DNA of 29,429 nt from a bacterium (GCA_043811375.1 JBDRNJ010000062.1:1-29429), one strand, 5' to 3'. Positions 7,964 through 17,287 are shown, counted from the stretch's first letter. Numbers and translations are program-made. The notes: a model not told the origin generated them from the letters alone.

Positions 7964-9583
7964 TCAGGACGCGCCGGTACCTTTTATGACTGCCGGTAGA
8001 GTGCGAGCCAGAATCCTGGCGTCCAGCCACAACGACCAGTTGTCGATGTACTCCAAGTCCAGCTCCATCCACCGCTCAAAATCTATGTTGTTGCGCCCGT
8101 TGATTTGCCACAGGCACGTCACACCCGGCTTGACCGACAATCGTCGACGCTGCCAGGGTTGATACTTCTCCACCTCGGAGGGAATCGGCGGACGCGGTCC
8201 TACCAGTGACATGTCTCCGCGCAGAACATTGAAAAACTGCGGCACCTCATCTATGGAGCACTGGCGAAGGATTCGACCGATCCGGGTAACCCGGGGGTCG
8301 TCCTTGGCCTTGAAAACCGGACCGGACATCATATTAAGGTCTTTCAGCAGGTGCTTTCGCTTGTCGGCTTTGTTGTACATGGTTCGGAATTTATAAAGCA
8401 TGAAACGCTTCCCGTTGACTCCGCACCGTTCCTGTCTGAAGAAGACCGGTCCCCGGCTGTCGAGTTTGATGGCCACCGCCGTCAGCAACATGAGAGGCGC
8501 CGACAGGATAATACCAACCAGCGCACCGATTTTATCGATGATATTCTTGACGATTTCTGCCCTGCGCCCGGACGGTGCCGCATGATATATCAGCGCCGGC
8601 GAGCCGTTAACGCCCGACAGTTGCGGCCTGGTCAGGTGAGCCTGGAAGATATCGGGCATGAAATACAGAGCTACGCCCATCTTCTCAGCGGTTTCAAACA
8701 ACCGACGGGTACGCAATAAATCTTTCACATCTACATCCACCACCACCGCATCAACCTGTTCTTTCAAAACGAAGCGTTCCAGTTCATCCGGGTGTCCCAG
8801 GAGAGGAATGTCCCGATAGCGCCAGAGCCCACTTCGGCGGTAATCCAGAAACCCCTTGATCGAGAGACCGGAATCGGGTGAGTCCGCTACGGAGTCAGCA
8901 ACAGCACGGGCTTTCTTGCCGGTACCAATAATGATGATTTCCTTGAAACCTCCACGGTTGCTGTTGGGAGCCCCCCCGCGCGTAAGAACCCGCAAACCCA
9001 GGCGAGTAGCTGAAAGAACGACCAGTTGCAGCACAATATCCGTCAACACAAAGACGACGGCGGTTGCTGCGGTCAAATGCCATCCAGCCAGTGAGGTAGC
9101 AGCCACCAGCACCAGGCAGACTTTCAACTCAAAGCCCACCAGGTACCGGGCTCGCTTTATTGCCGATGGCAGTGAAAGTGTTGATCGGCGACCCCGGGTG
9201 AAATAAAGCAATACCCTCACCGCTACCAGCATTCCGACTAGTCCCAGCAGGGAATATCCGGTTTCACCGGCGACTACCAGGCTTACCCAGAGGGCGACAA
9301 TCGACAGACCGGTAGCTCCGACACCACCCGGCAGAACAGTCAGTACTTGCCGCCACTTATCACTGAGTAACCGCCGGTCGGGACGGAAAGATCGCTGATG
9401 TCGGGTTGTCGATGTCGGCCAGCGCCGATCTCGTTGGGGTTCTGAACCACGTTTCGAACGGAACCGGTCTCGTCCACCGGGTGGAAGACCGCCTCCTGGT
9501 GTTGATGCCGGTACTGTCTCAATAGTGGAGAACTGATGGGAAGTTGTCTCGTTTGTTGCCTGCGCAGCATCTGTCCTAGCCAT
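7964..9583 (-). CDS. priming sugar transferase (WcaJ/WbaP-type polyprenyl-phosphate glycosylphosphotransferase)
   Basis: C-terminal KFRTM, DPRVTRIG, SIDEVPQFFNVLRGDMSLVGPRP, VKPGVTCLWQ, DLEYIDNWSLWLD; N-terminal TMs and Rossmann-like IIIIGTG. ATG 9583 follows SD AAGGTGGA. Confidence 0.93.
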   Translation of the reverse strand: MARTDAAQATNETTSHQFSTIETVPASTPGGGLPPGGRDRFRSKRGSEPQRDRRWPTSTTRHQRSFRPDRRLLSDKWRQVLTVLPGGVGATGLSIVALWVSLVVAGETGYSLLGLVGMLVAVRVLLYFTRGRRSTLSLPSAIKRARYLVGFELKVCLVLVAATSLAGWHLTAATAVVFVLTDIVLQLVVLSATRLGLRVLTRGGAPNSNRGGFKEIIIIGTGKKARAVADSVADSPDSGLSIKGFLDYRRSGLWRYRDIPLLGHPDELERFVLKEQVDAVVVDVDVKDLLRTRRLFETAEKMGVALYFMPDIFQAHLTRPQLSGVNGSPALIYHAAPSGRRAEIVKNIIDKIGALVGIILSAPLMLLTAVAIKLDSRGPVFFRQERCGVNGKRFMLYKFRTMYNKADKRKHLLKDLNMMSGPVFKAKDDPRVTRIGRILRQCSIDEVPQFFNVLRGDMSLVGPRPPIPSEVEKYQPWQRRRLSVKPGVTCLWQINGRNNIDFERWMELDLEYIDNWSLWLDARILARTLPAVIKGTGAS

Positions 9584-9682
9584 GAGCGTCCACCTTCTCG
9601 TTAAGAAGTTGCGGGCTGACAAGACCTGGTCTGTCCATCGGACCAAAAGAGTCCCGACGGAGGTAACAAGGTCGCACCCCTT

Positions 9683-10780
9683 TCACTCTTTCTCGGCCAC
9701 TTGCTTTTGGTTCTTAACCCAGCGCGGCGGCATCGCCACAGACGCTTCCGATATCGGCGCCACCGGAGCGGACTTGTTACCTTTTTCTGATGAAGATACT
9801 TCACCTCTCCGGCGCAGTTTAACCGTACGCCGATCAAGCGTTTTCATCCGGTAGTATTCGGTCGGCATCTTCCTGAACGCCTCCAGCAGCTTGTCATTTG
9901 AGTACGGCGATTGAACCTGGTAGCGCAGATAATTTTCGAGCTGAGGGTAACCATGAAGGTTATCAACCGGTGTTTTGTAGCCGGCCATGAAGTTTCCGAC
10001 CCGTTCGGGATCGGCCACTCGCAGCAGCAGAAAATCGGTAGACGTGATACGGCACTGCACTTTCAGACGATTGAGCTCAGTAGCCAGACGCAGCGACTCA
10101 TCATGAATGACCTGCAGGTGTGATGCCAGAGCCTCCCCATCAATCAGGGTAGCCAACATTGTCTTGCGAACAGTGGCTGAAATCGGCTGATTGAGACAGG
10201 AGTTCTGAACGGTTTCGATGTTCGCAGGACTGGCCAGCAGGAACCCGGCATCGGAAGAAGTTATACCAAAAGATGCCGTAAAAGACCTCAGTACAATTAC
10301 GTTTGTCAGCAGATCTACCAGAGGAAAACCTGATATCCCGTAGTGATCGAAATAATATTCATCGATAAACAGCATCCCCTGAGGCACCGCCCGCGCCAGT
10401 TGTTCCAACTGGGAAAGCGAGATACCTGTGCCGGTTACTCGATTGGGATTGGCCACGTAAATCAGATCCCGGGGGGATCGCACAGTTTCGACAGCACCTT
10501 GCGAATCTGCCGAGAAAGTGGATGGACCCAGTCTCTCGACCAACTCCACATCCGCTTGATTGGCCGCGATCTCAACGTCCGGAGTTACGTGTCCGGTACA
10601 AACAAACCGACAACCGGGTGTATCCCAGGTCCGGATCAGTTCTGTCAGAATGGATGAGAGCTTGACAAACGGCAGGATATTTCTCCTGGTGGTCAAAACC
10701 TTCTGAGCCACCAAGGCCGTCAGTTCGTCAATCGCCATGCCGGTGGGTGTCGTTGATAACGCCATAGTCTTTACCTTCAT
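9683..10780 (-). CDS. HisC-like class I/II aminotransferase-fold protein, probably catalytically degenerate
   Basis: ANPNRVTG (cf. NPNNPTG), IDEYY (cf. DEAY), NVIVLRSFTASFG (cf. LRTFSKAxG; Lys absent), STDFLL (cf. SxANF), NYLRY. Confidence 0.8.
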   Translation of the reverse strand: MKVKTMALSTTPTGMAIDELTALVAQKVLTTRRNILPFVKLSSILTELIRTWDTPGCRFVCTGHVTPDVEIAANQADVELVERLGPSTFSADSQGAVETVRSPRDLIYVANPNRVTGTGISLSQLEQLARAVPQGMLFIDEYYFDHYGISGFPLVDLLTNVIVLRSFTASFGITSSDAGFLLASPANIETVQNSCLNQPISATVRKTMLATLIDGEALASHLQVIHDESLRLATELNRLKVQCRITSTDFLLLRVADPERVGNFMAGYKTPVDNLHGYPQLENYLRYQVQSPYSNDKLLEAFRKMPTEYYRMKTLDRRTVKLRRRGEVSSSEKGNKSAPVAPISEASVAMPPRWVKNQKQVAEKE

Positions 10781-10896
10781 ATTCCGGAAACAGTCAACTC
10801 ACCCCGGATGCGATCAGACGTGCTGAAGACTTTGGCGACATCGCGAGGTCGCTAACCATTCCCTGATTGATCAGTCCGTTTTTTACCAACGATAAA

Positions 10897-10912
10897 AGCA
10901 AAGGCGGTGCCG
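10897..10912 (-). promoter_or_regulatory. sigma54 promoter for the HisC-like / sugar transferase / wzi operon
   Basis: Minus strand CGGCACCGCCTTTGCT = GG-N10-GC; lies between the wza terminator and ATG 10780. Confidence 0.78.
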
Positions 10913-11053
10913 CTTTGTTCAACCGATGCACAGCACTCTGGTAAGACCGTGCCGATCAGAGTGTTACGATAGTACGGCTTTCACCGGGATGCCGGCCAGC
11001 AGGGAACCCTGGCTGAGCTTTTTTCCGTAAGCGACTGAAAAGAATTCCCTCTG

Positions 11054-11094
11054 AAAAAAAATACCGCCGGCGGACTCATGCGCCCACCGACGGT
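11054..11094 (-). terminator. intrinsic terminator after the SLBB/Wza gene
   Basis: Minus strand ACCGUCGGUGGGC-GCAUGA-GUCCGCCGGCGGU followed by A and U8. Confidence 0.85.
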
Positions 11095-11140
11095 TCTGGG
11101 AAGGCAAGAACGGTAAAGAGATAGTTTTCCTGATGCCTGG

Positions 11141-13519
11141 TTACAACTTCGATACAATATAGATTGATGTCAGCACACCCGTAGTAGCGGTCAGGGCAGT
11201 GGTGACGGTTTTCAACCAGTTGCGTTCTTTCTCTATTTTAGTGGGGACAATGATAACATCCCCCAGATATACTTTCTTACCCAGACAACCACGCCCGGAA
11301 ATCACTTCACCACCGGCGCGCATCAGGCGTACTTCTTTCTTATCCGCCTGACGAGTGAAGTTGCCGGCCCATTGGATGTAATGCTTAACCTTTTTGTTGG
11401 ACTTAAACTTGATGGTTCCGTTGGCCCCAACGGCACCCATCACTGAGATTCCCGTCGGCACTGAAGGAACATAAATGTGGTCACCCGGCTTGAGTACCAG
11501 GTCTCCTTCCCGCCCGTCGCTGTCCACGATTTTCTCCAGGTCAATAATCACCCGATTCATAGAGGCTAAGTCGTACCGGGAGATGTTATGTTTGACGATA
11601 TTCCCCAGCGAATCTTCAGTCACCGGCCGTGATCTCTCCAACAGGTCCGGCACTTTCAGTCTTTGAAGGTGGTGCTGAATTGATTGCCGCTCAAAGACAA
11701 TCCCTCGCGGAAAGGCATTGGGAGTAAAACCGCCGGCCCGCAGCAGCAGTTGGTACAAGGTCTCGTCTTTGCCGGCCAGGGTGTATCCCCCGGGATAGTT
11801 GACCTCACCCTCAATTGTCACAGCCTGATGAAGATGCCATTGCGGAATCTGGCGGATATATACGTGATCGTCTTCGCGCAGGATAGTTGGCGGGCTGTTC
11901 GGCGAATCCAGATCGGCGAAGATCATTGTGACATTGCCGATAGAATCAATGCGGGCGATTTCCGCCTCGTGACGCACCGCACCCCGGGTAAACGAACCGG
12001 CCAGAAAAATTATATCCTGAACCGTCATCATGTCATATAGGGGATATGGTCCGGGCGTTTTGATCTCACCTTCAATGTAAACCCGTTTATCTCGCTGTAC
12101 CTCATTAATGGCATATATGTGCAATGAATCCCGGTCCTGCAGGAGGATGTCGGAATCCGGCGGGCCGGACAGAATCTTGTGGAGATTGATCGGTGTTACC
12201 TCCGCCCGACGATCAGGATAATAACGGTAGAGGTCGGCACGCTCGAAATAGACATCATACGGCTGTAGTTGCCCCTGCCGTACGAGATCGGAAACACGGG
12301 TGGAATCGTTGCGTTCATAGTATCCGGGATGTTTAACACAACCGGCAACGGCCACCCTGTTGGTGGTAACGTCAAAGATTGAGAAAACCGTCAATCGATC
12401 ACCGTCAAGCAACAGTATATCATCCGTTTGAGAGCTATCCTCCCGGTTGAGATTGAGATCCCGTACTTCTCTTTCGCCGTCTGCTGTGATTCGTTCCAGC
12501 ATGACCCTGTTCAGATGGGCCTGTGCGGTAGGGTTACCCGCCAGAGACAGCAGCGTCAGCGCGGTTTCGTCACCCTTCAATTCGTAGATGGCAGACCTGT
12601 TGATTTCACCCCTGACAGCCACTCGATCTCCGGCCACCGGCACAAAAACAACATCGCCGGTCTGAAGTCGAGCATCGGTGGAGTTATCCCCCGCTAGCAA
12701 CAGGTTGTACAGATCCACTTCGGCCTGGACTTTTCCTCGGCGCATCAGCTTGATATGCCGCATGGAGCCCCTTTGATTGGGTCCTCCAGCCAGGTAGATG
12801 GCATTAAACAGGGAAGTTAGTGACGAGACACTGTAGGCTCCGGGTTTTTTCACTTCACCGGTGACGTAGATTCTGATAGATCGAATCTTGCCCAGTGAGA
12901 TGGTCAGATCGAACTCCGAATAGGCTTTGGAAAACAGCTTTTTCACTCTTTGTTGAAACTGCTGCAGGGTCAATCCCCAGCCGATGATCTCACCGACCCT
13001 CGGGATGAACACCTTGCCTTCCCGGTCCAGCGTCAGGTTGTATTCCTTCTCAACGCGCCCCCACAGGTAAATGATCAGATTGTCACCGGGACCCAGCATA
13101 TAGTCGGCCGCAGAAGCGATGTCAGCCGGAGGTTCGTAATCCGGGGGAGCATCGAACAGCTCCATCCCGAACGGCCGCAATTGGTCAAAATCCTGTATCT
13201 GATCCGCCGCGACCATCAAGCCGGAGTCATTAGCGGAGATGCTGTCAAGAACCGCATCCCTTCCGGAAAGTGACATCCCCCCCTTCAGACTGTCTCCGGG
13301 TATATGTTGAGACCGATTCTTGTCACTGTCAAAAATCTGAGGGCTCCGGTAGTACTCGGACTCTTTCCTGTCAGCAAGGCTATCGCGATACTTCTTAAGT
13401 AGTTGCTGCTTGTCCAGCTTCTCAAGGCTGGAGAGATCCTGTGCCACTACGGTCCTGAACCAGTTAAGCGACACCAAAACTATCATCAGCAGCAGCAGGA
13501 TGAGTAACTTGGCTTTCAT
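11141..13519 (-). CDS. polysaccharide export protein with multiple SLBB domains (Wza/KpsD-like)
   Basis: PFGMELF, YMLGPGDNL, LDREGKVFIPRVG, repeated V.GEV..PG.Y SLBB motifs, C-terminal amphipathic helix. Start reassigned to ATG 13519 (SD GAAGGAAG, signal-like MKAKLLILLLLMIV), downstream of the sigma54 site. Confidence 0.9.
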   Translation of the reverse strand: MKAKLLILLLLMIVLVSLNWFRTVVAQDLSSLEKLDKQQLLKKYRDSLADRKESEYYRSPQIFDSDKNRSQHIPGDSLKGGMSLSGRDAVLDSISANDSGLMVAADQIQDFDQLRPFGMELFDAPPDYEPPADIASAADYMLGPGDNLIIYLWGRVEKEYNLTLDREGKVFIPRVGEIIGWGLTLQQFQQRVKKLFSKAYSEFDLTISLGKIRSIRIYVTGEVKKPGAYSVSSLTSLFNAIYLAGGPNQRGSMRHIKLMRRGKVQAEVDLYNLLLAGDNSTDARLQTGDVVFVPVAGDRVAVRGEINRSAIYELKGDETALTLLSLAGNPTAQAHLNRVMLERITADGEREVRDLNLNREDSSQTDDILLLDGDRLTVFSIFDVTTNRVAVAGCVKHPGYYERNDSTRVSDLVRQGQLQPYDVYFERADLYRYYPDRRAEVTPINLHKILSGPPDSDILLQDRDSLHIYAINEVQRDKRVYIEGEIKTPGPYPLYDMMTVQDIIFLAGSFTRGAVRHEAEIARIDSIGNVTMIFADLDSPNSPPTILREDDHVYIRQIPQWHLHQAVTIEGEVNYPGGYTLAGKDETLYQLLLRAGGFTPNAFPRGIVFERQSIQHHLQRLKVPDLLERSRPVTEDSLGNIVKHNISRYDLASMNRVIIDLEKIVDSDGREGDLVLKPGDHIYVPSVPTGISVMGAVGANGTIKFKSNKKVKHYIQWAGNFTRQADKKEVRLMRAGGEVISGRGCLGKKVYLGDVIIVPTKIEKERNWLKTVTTALTATTGVLTSIYIVSKL

Positions 13520-13590
13520 TTTCTTCCTTCCCATGGCTTTGCCTTCAGCAGCCCGGCTGTTGATGGCCGGGTCAACCGACATCAGATATA

Positions 13591-13606
13591 AGCAAGGCTG
13601 ATGCCG
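13591..13606 (-). promoter_or_regulatory. sigma54 promoter for the SLBB/Wza gene
   Basis: Minus strand CGGCATCAGCCTTGCT = GG-N10-GC, about 70 nt upstream of ATG 13519. Confidence 0.78.
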
Positions 13607-13991
13607 GATGCGGCTGTTCACGTAAGTGGTTGTGACATTTGGTGATAGTTGGTAGTCGCGGCATTTGCTACCATCTGCAGGCAGTGCTGTGAGTAATGAC
13701 TTCCACATCAAAAGGGAACATTTTTCCGGTAAGGTGGCGCTACCGGCACGGGTATTTGTTCCAACGGCACGCAAGGTTTGGCCTGGTCTGTTTATCGCTT
13801 CCCCCAGGGGATATCAGCCGTGATCCCGGGGCTTGTTGATAAAGTCACTTCGGGCAGCTTATATCGATCTTCGGGCGCTCCGCCTGATGGATATTGACTC
13901 CACGTTTTGAGGTCACTACACGTCTGTGAGGGCAGTATTGGTCGGGTCGCGCTGTCGGTATTTCGTGACCACTTAAAAAGAGGCATAGCGC

Positions 13992-14020
13992 TTGACAACG
14001 ATCAGCCGTTTCAGTAATTT
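13992..14020 (+). promoter_or_regulatory. sigma70-type promoter for the FadL-like operon
   Basis: TTGACA (13992-13997) - 17 nt - TAATTT (14015-14020). Confidence 0.5.
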
Positions 14021-14163
14021 GACGGCCAACTTTAACAGGGTCAACCTGGGTGGAAGAAAGGAATACGTAGCTTGGCGGTTTTTCGGGTTGGTGCAACCTG
14101 AGATCGCTGTTGATGAAATTATTGGTCAAATGACGTTTCATTGATAGAAATACGGAGATGAGA

Positions 14164-15657
14164 ATGAGAATTGTGAGGTTTTGTGCTACTCTGCTGATGA
14201 TGGTAGCTATACTGTCGCCGGGACTGATCGCCAGCGGGTTTGAAAACTCAGGTGTCGGTGTGAAAGCTCGGGCGATTGGCGGAGCTTTTCGTGCCATCGC
14301 TGATGACTGGACAGCGGCATACTACAACCCGGCGGGGTATGGCTTCGCTTTCGACAACCAACTCGGCGGCAATATGGCACTGGTCCATCTGCGCCACGAG
14401 TTGGTGCCGGACTACCGGTGGGGCGGTGAATACGAATCCGGAGTTTTCAACGACCGGGTTAATTACAACACCCACGACATCTTCTCGTTGCCTTCGGCAG
14501 GATTTATCGTTCGACTGCCGGTCTGGGGCGAAACGGTGTTCGGCCTGTCGGCTTACCAACCTTTTGACTACAATATCAGATGGAATCTATTTGAACCGTT
14601 GCGGGGCTATAGCACGATGGCCAATATCCCCGACAATCAGTACCACAACAATCTCGATGTGGTGGCTATTCAATTGACGGCGGCCAGGGAGTATATCGAG
14701 GACAAACTGGCTCTTGGTATCGGCCTGCAAATTCTCAGGGGAGACCTGGTCTTCAGCAGCATCATTTTTCGGGACAATCCGGTCAAGGAGTTGGAAGGCG
14801 CCGACCCCGACATGTGGATTCGGCCTATGGAAAAAATCAGCGTATTCAACCACCAGGATGGTCGCGGCTTGGGATTGGGTATCACAGCGGGTGCTCTGTG
14901 GCGCGCCAGTGAAAAACTTAACCTGGCGGCCACGGTGGATATTCCCTTTAGTTTAACGATTAGCGGCAAGAGCCTGAACGAATACTACATGCCATCGTGT
15001 TCAACTCTGTGGCACAATGCTGATTCGGCAGCAATCGGTGATGAGGGCACTATAGGCCAACTGTTCCTTTCGGGTGAACAGGTGAATGATCACGCAGAGT
15101 TTTCAACCAAGCTCAAGTTGCCGCCGTCACTGGCACTGGGACTGGCCTACGCGGCTGGTGAGAAACTCACGATAAGTTTCGATGCGCAGTACACGTTGTG
15201 GTCGGTATTCGATGGTTTCGCGTTTACATACACTGATCACTATGGTCCGCCGGAGGTGGTCACGACAACGGCCTGGGCGCGCAGCTTTGTTGAAAGTGAT
15301 GTAACCTACCAGGTAGACTGGTCCAACACCGGTAAGGTGATGTTGGGCGCCAGTTATGACTATTCCGAGTACCTGACGCTGATGGCCGGTGCTTCAGCCG
15401 ATCAATCCCCGGCTCGCAGCACCAAACAGTTCTCACCTTTATTTGTCGATACCGGCGACAAGTATGGTCTCAACGGCGGGTTGGTGGTGCATTTGGAAAG
15501 ATGGGACTTGGGATTGGCCACCAGCTACCTGCACTATCCCGATCTGGAGGTGGCAGCACCAAGCACTTTTGGCCAGGAAGAAGACCTGGTCTACTTCCCG
15601 GGCGACTATCGAGCTGCTGCCTACGAGACTATCCTGTCATTCAACTACCGGTTTTAG
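14164..15657 (+). CDS. outer-membrane transport barrel, OmpP1/FadL/TodX family
   Basis: G..ARAIGGAF.AIADD.TA.YYNPAG hatch motif, KLPPSLALGLAY, YTLWS.FD, DWSNT, ADQSP, terminal YRF. Start 14164 fits the SD GGAG better than 14158. Confidence 0.88.
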   Translation: MRIVRFCATLLMMVAILSPGLIASGFENSGVGVKARAIGGAFRAIADDWTAAYYNPAGYGFAFDNQLGGNMALVHLRHELVPDYRWGGEYESGVFNDRVNYNTHDIFSLPSAGFIVRLPVWGETVFGLSAYQPFDYNIRWNLFEPLRGYSTMANIPDNQYHNNLDVVAIQLTAAREYIEDKLALGIGLQILRGDLVFSSIIFRDNPVKELEGADPDMWIRPMEKISVFNHQDGRGLGLGITAGALWRASEKLNLAATVDIPFSLTISGKSLNEYYMPSCSTLWHNADSAAIGDEGTIGQLFLSGEQVNDHAEFSTKLKLPPSLALGLAYAAGEKLTISFDAQYTLWSVFDGFAFTYTDHYGPPEVVTTTAWARSFVESDVTYQVDWSNTGKVMLGASYDYSEYLTLMAGASADQSPARSTKQFSPLFVDTGDKYGLNGGLVVHLERWDLGLATSYLHYPDLEVAAPSTFGQEEDLVYFPGDYRAAAYETILSFNYRF

Positions 15658-15669
15658 AGGAGATCAGAG

Positions 15670-17223
15670 ATGCGTATAATTTCGAGATTTATTTTACTGC
15701 CGGCGGCTCTGATCATGGTTCTGCTGATCAGTTGTACTGATCGTGGTCCCAACACACCCGATCGGCCAACCAGCCTTGGGCACTATACCGGTCAGGGGGG
15801 GCATGATTTCATAGAAGATTTCCTGCTACAGATCGGAAGTAACGGCAGCTTCCAAGGCCCCCCTCGTATACTAAAGCACATATGGACCTACTATCCTGAA
15901 GTCGGCATTCCCCCTATCACGGGCGGAGAACCGCAGAAAGTGCCGTTGTTGATACTGCTGGCGCCTCAGTTTGGCGACGAATGGTATTTCTTTAATCACG
16001 GACTACAGGAACTGGCCAACGAGCTTATCGCCGAGGGAACTATAGAACCAATGGCAATTGCGTGTGTGCCCAACGACAACATATTCGGCGGCTATTTCTA
16101 TGCCGGCAGCAGTGACCCCGCCGGCCACTGGGATTCATTCCTCAGCAGCACGTTGTTGGAATACCTTTACTTATTCGTCGGTTCATGTTTGTCTGATCGC
16201 CTGCCGGTTGGCATCGGCGGCGTCGGCCAGGGTGGCTACGGCGCTTTTCGCGCGTCTATACTCAACCCAGGTATGTTTGTCTCGGTCTCTGCAACCGACG
16301 GTCCCATGGATTTTGACGGTTCGGCCGGGTACGCTGGGTTGGATGAACTGTTTGATGACTGCCTGACCGAACAGAATCTTCTGGGCGGTGTCACCGATCC
16401 ACCGGTTATCGACACTACCTGGCTGTGCAACATCTGGGACACTACGGCATGGGACTCGATATACCAGGTAGACTCCACCGACACCGTTGACTGGCTCTGT
16501 ACCGATGACAGTATCGATGTCGGCACCGGAGATACAATTTGTATTGATTCGTTGCCCCTGTTTGATTCCACACTTGTCGATTCTATACCCTCTGATTCTG
16601 TATGTCTTAACTCGTCCATAAGCAGAATTGATACTACCTGGCCTCCCTCCTGGCGTGAAGAGTTTGACACATCCTACGCCCATCCGCTGTCCTGGCTGTT
16701 CATTGGCGGCGCGCTGGCTTTTTCGCCCAATGATACGCTGATTGATACCGTCGGTATCTACCGCCCCGGAGGCTTAGACAATTATTCCATCACTCTACCA
16801 GATTCTCAGAGATACCAGATCGACGACACGATGACACTGATCACAGAAATCATCTCCCAGGAACAGTTTGATTTTGACTTCCACCTGCCCTTCGACAGTA
16901 ACGGTAACATCTACAGTCTTATCTGGAATATGTGGCTGGACGACAACCTGGAGAACCTGCTGACGAACAATGCCAACTCTCTCGACAGCATTCAGATGTA
17001 CGTTGTCTCCACTCCCGAGTTTGCGTATGCCAACTACCGGCCGCAGACACAATCCTGGATATCAACGTTGCAAGGATCACCATACAGTTATACCGCCCCG
17101 CAACTGCAGGTAGTCGAGTACAACGGCTACACCGGCAACCCGGCTACTAACGATCAATACCTGTATGACCTGATGCGTGACATATTGATCTTCCATTCGA
17201 AGGCGTTTGAAGCTCAGAGGTGA
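15670..17223 (+). CDS. lipoprotein with alpha/beta-hydrolase (esterase-like) fold, nucleophile Ser absent
   Basis: Lipobox LISC; PLLILL, LIAEGTIEPMAIA, GIGGVGQGGYGA (cf. GxSxGG), NPGMFVSVS; starts 12 nt after the barrel gene with SD AGGAG. Confidence 0.8.
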   Translation: MRIISRFILLPAALIMVLLISCTDRGPNTPDRPTSLGHYTGQGGHDFIEDFLLQIGSNGSFQGPPRILKHIWTYYPEVGIPPITGGEPQKVPLLILLAPQFGDEWYFFNHGLQELANELIAEGTIEPMAIACVPNDNIFGGYFYAGSSDPAGHWDSFLSSTLLEYLYLFVGSCLSDRLPVGIGGVGQGGYGAFRASILNPGMFVSVSATDGPMDFDGSAGYAGLDELFDDCLTEQNLLGGVTDPPVIDTTWLCNIWDTTAWDSIYQVDSTDTVDWLCTDDSIDVGTGDTICIDSLPLFDSTLVDSIPSDSVCLNSSISRIDTTWPPSWREEFDTSYAHPLSWLFIGGALAFSPNDTLIDTVGIYRPGGLDNYSITLPDSQRYQIDDTMTLITEIISQEQFDFDFHLPFDSNGNIYSLIWNMWLDDNLENLLTNNANSLDSIQMYVVSTPEFAYANYRPQTQSWISTLQGSPYSYTAPQLQVVEYNGYTGNPATNDQYLYDLMRDILIFHSKAFEAQR

Positions 17224-17242
17224 AGAGTTTCGACAACAACTG

Positions 17243-17276
17243 GCCCGGAAGAACAAACCTCTTCCGGGCTTTTTTT
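17243..17276 (+). terminator. intrinsic terminator
   Basis: GCCCGGAAGA / TCTTCCGGGC 10-bp stem followed by T7. Confidence 0.9.
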
Positions 17277-17287
17277 AATTTGGTTTT

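Noticed and set aside
13520..13774. Long N-terminal extensions in the ORF track (wza to 13774; likewise 4877, 803, 9646, 1582)
   Set aside because: Promoter motifs, SD sequences and signal peptides support the downstream starts.
13981..13996. Fourth sigma54 site (AGGCATAGCGCTTGAC, + strand)
   Set aside because: The -12 element is GA rather than GC, and the sequence is explained by the sigma70 TTGACA.
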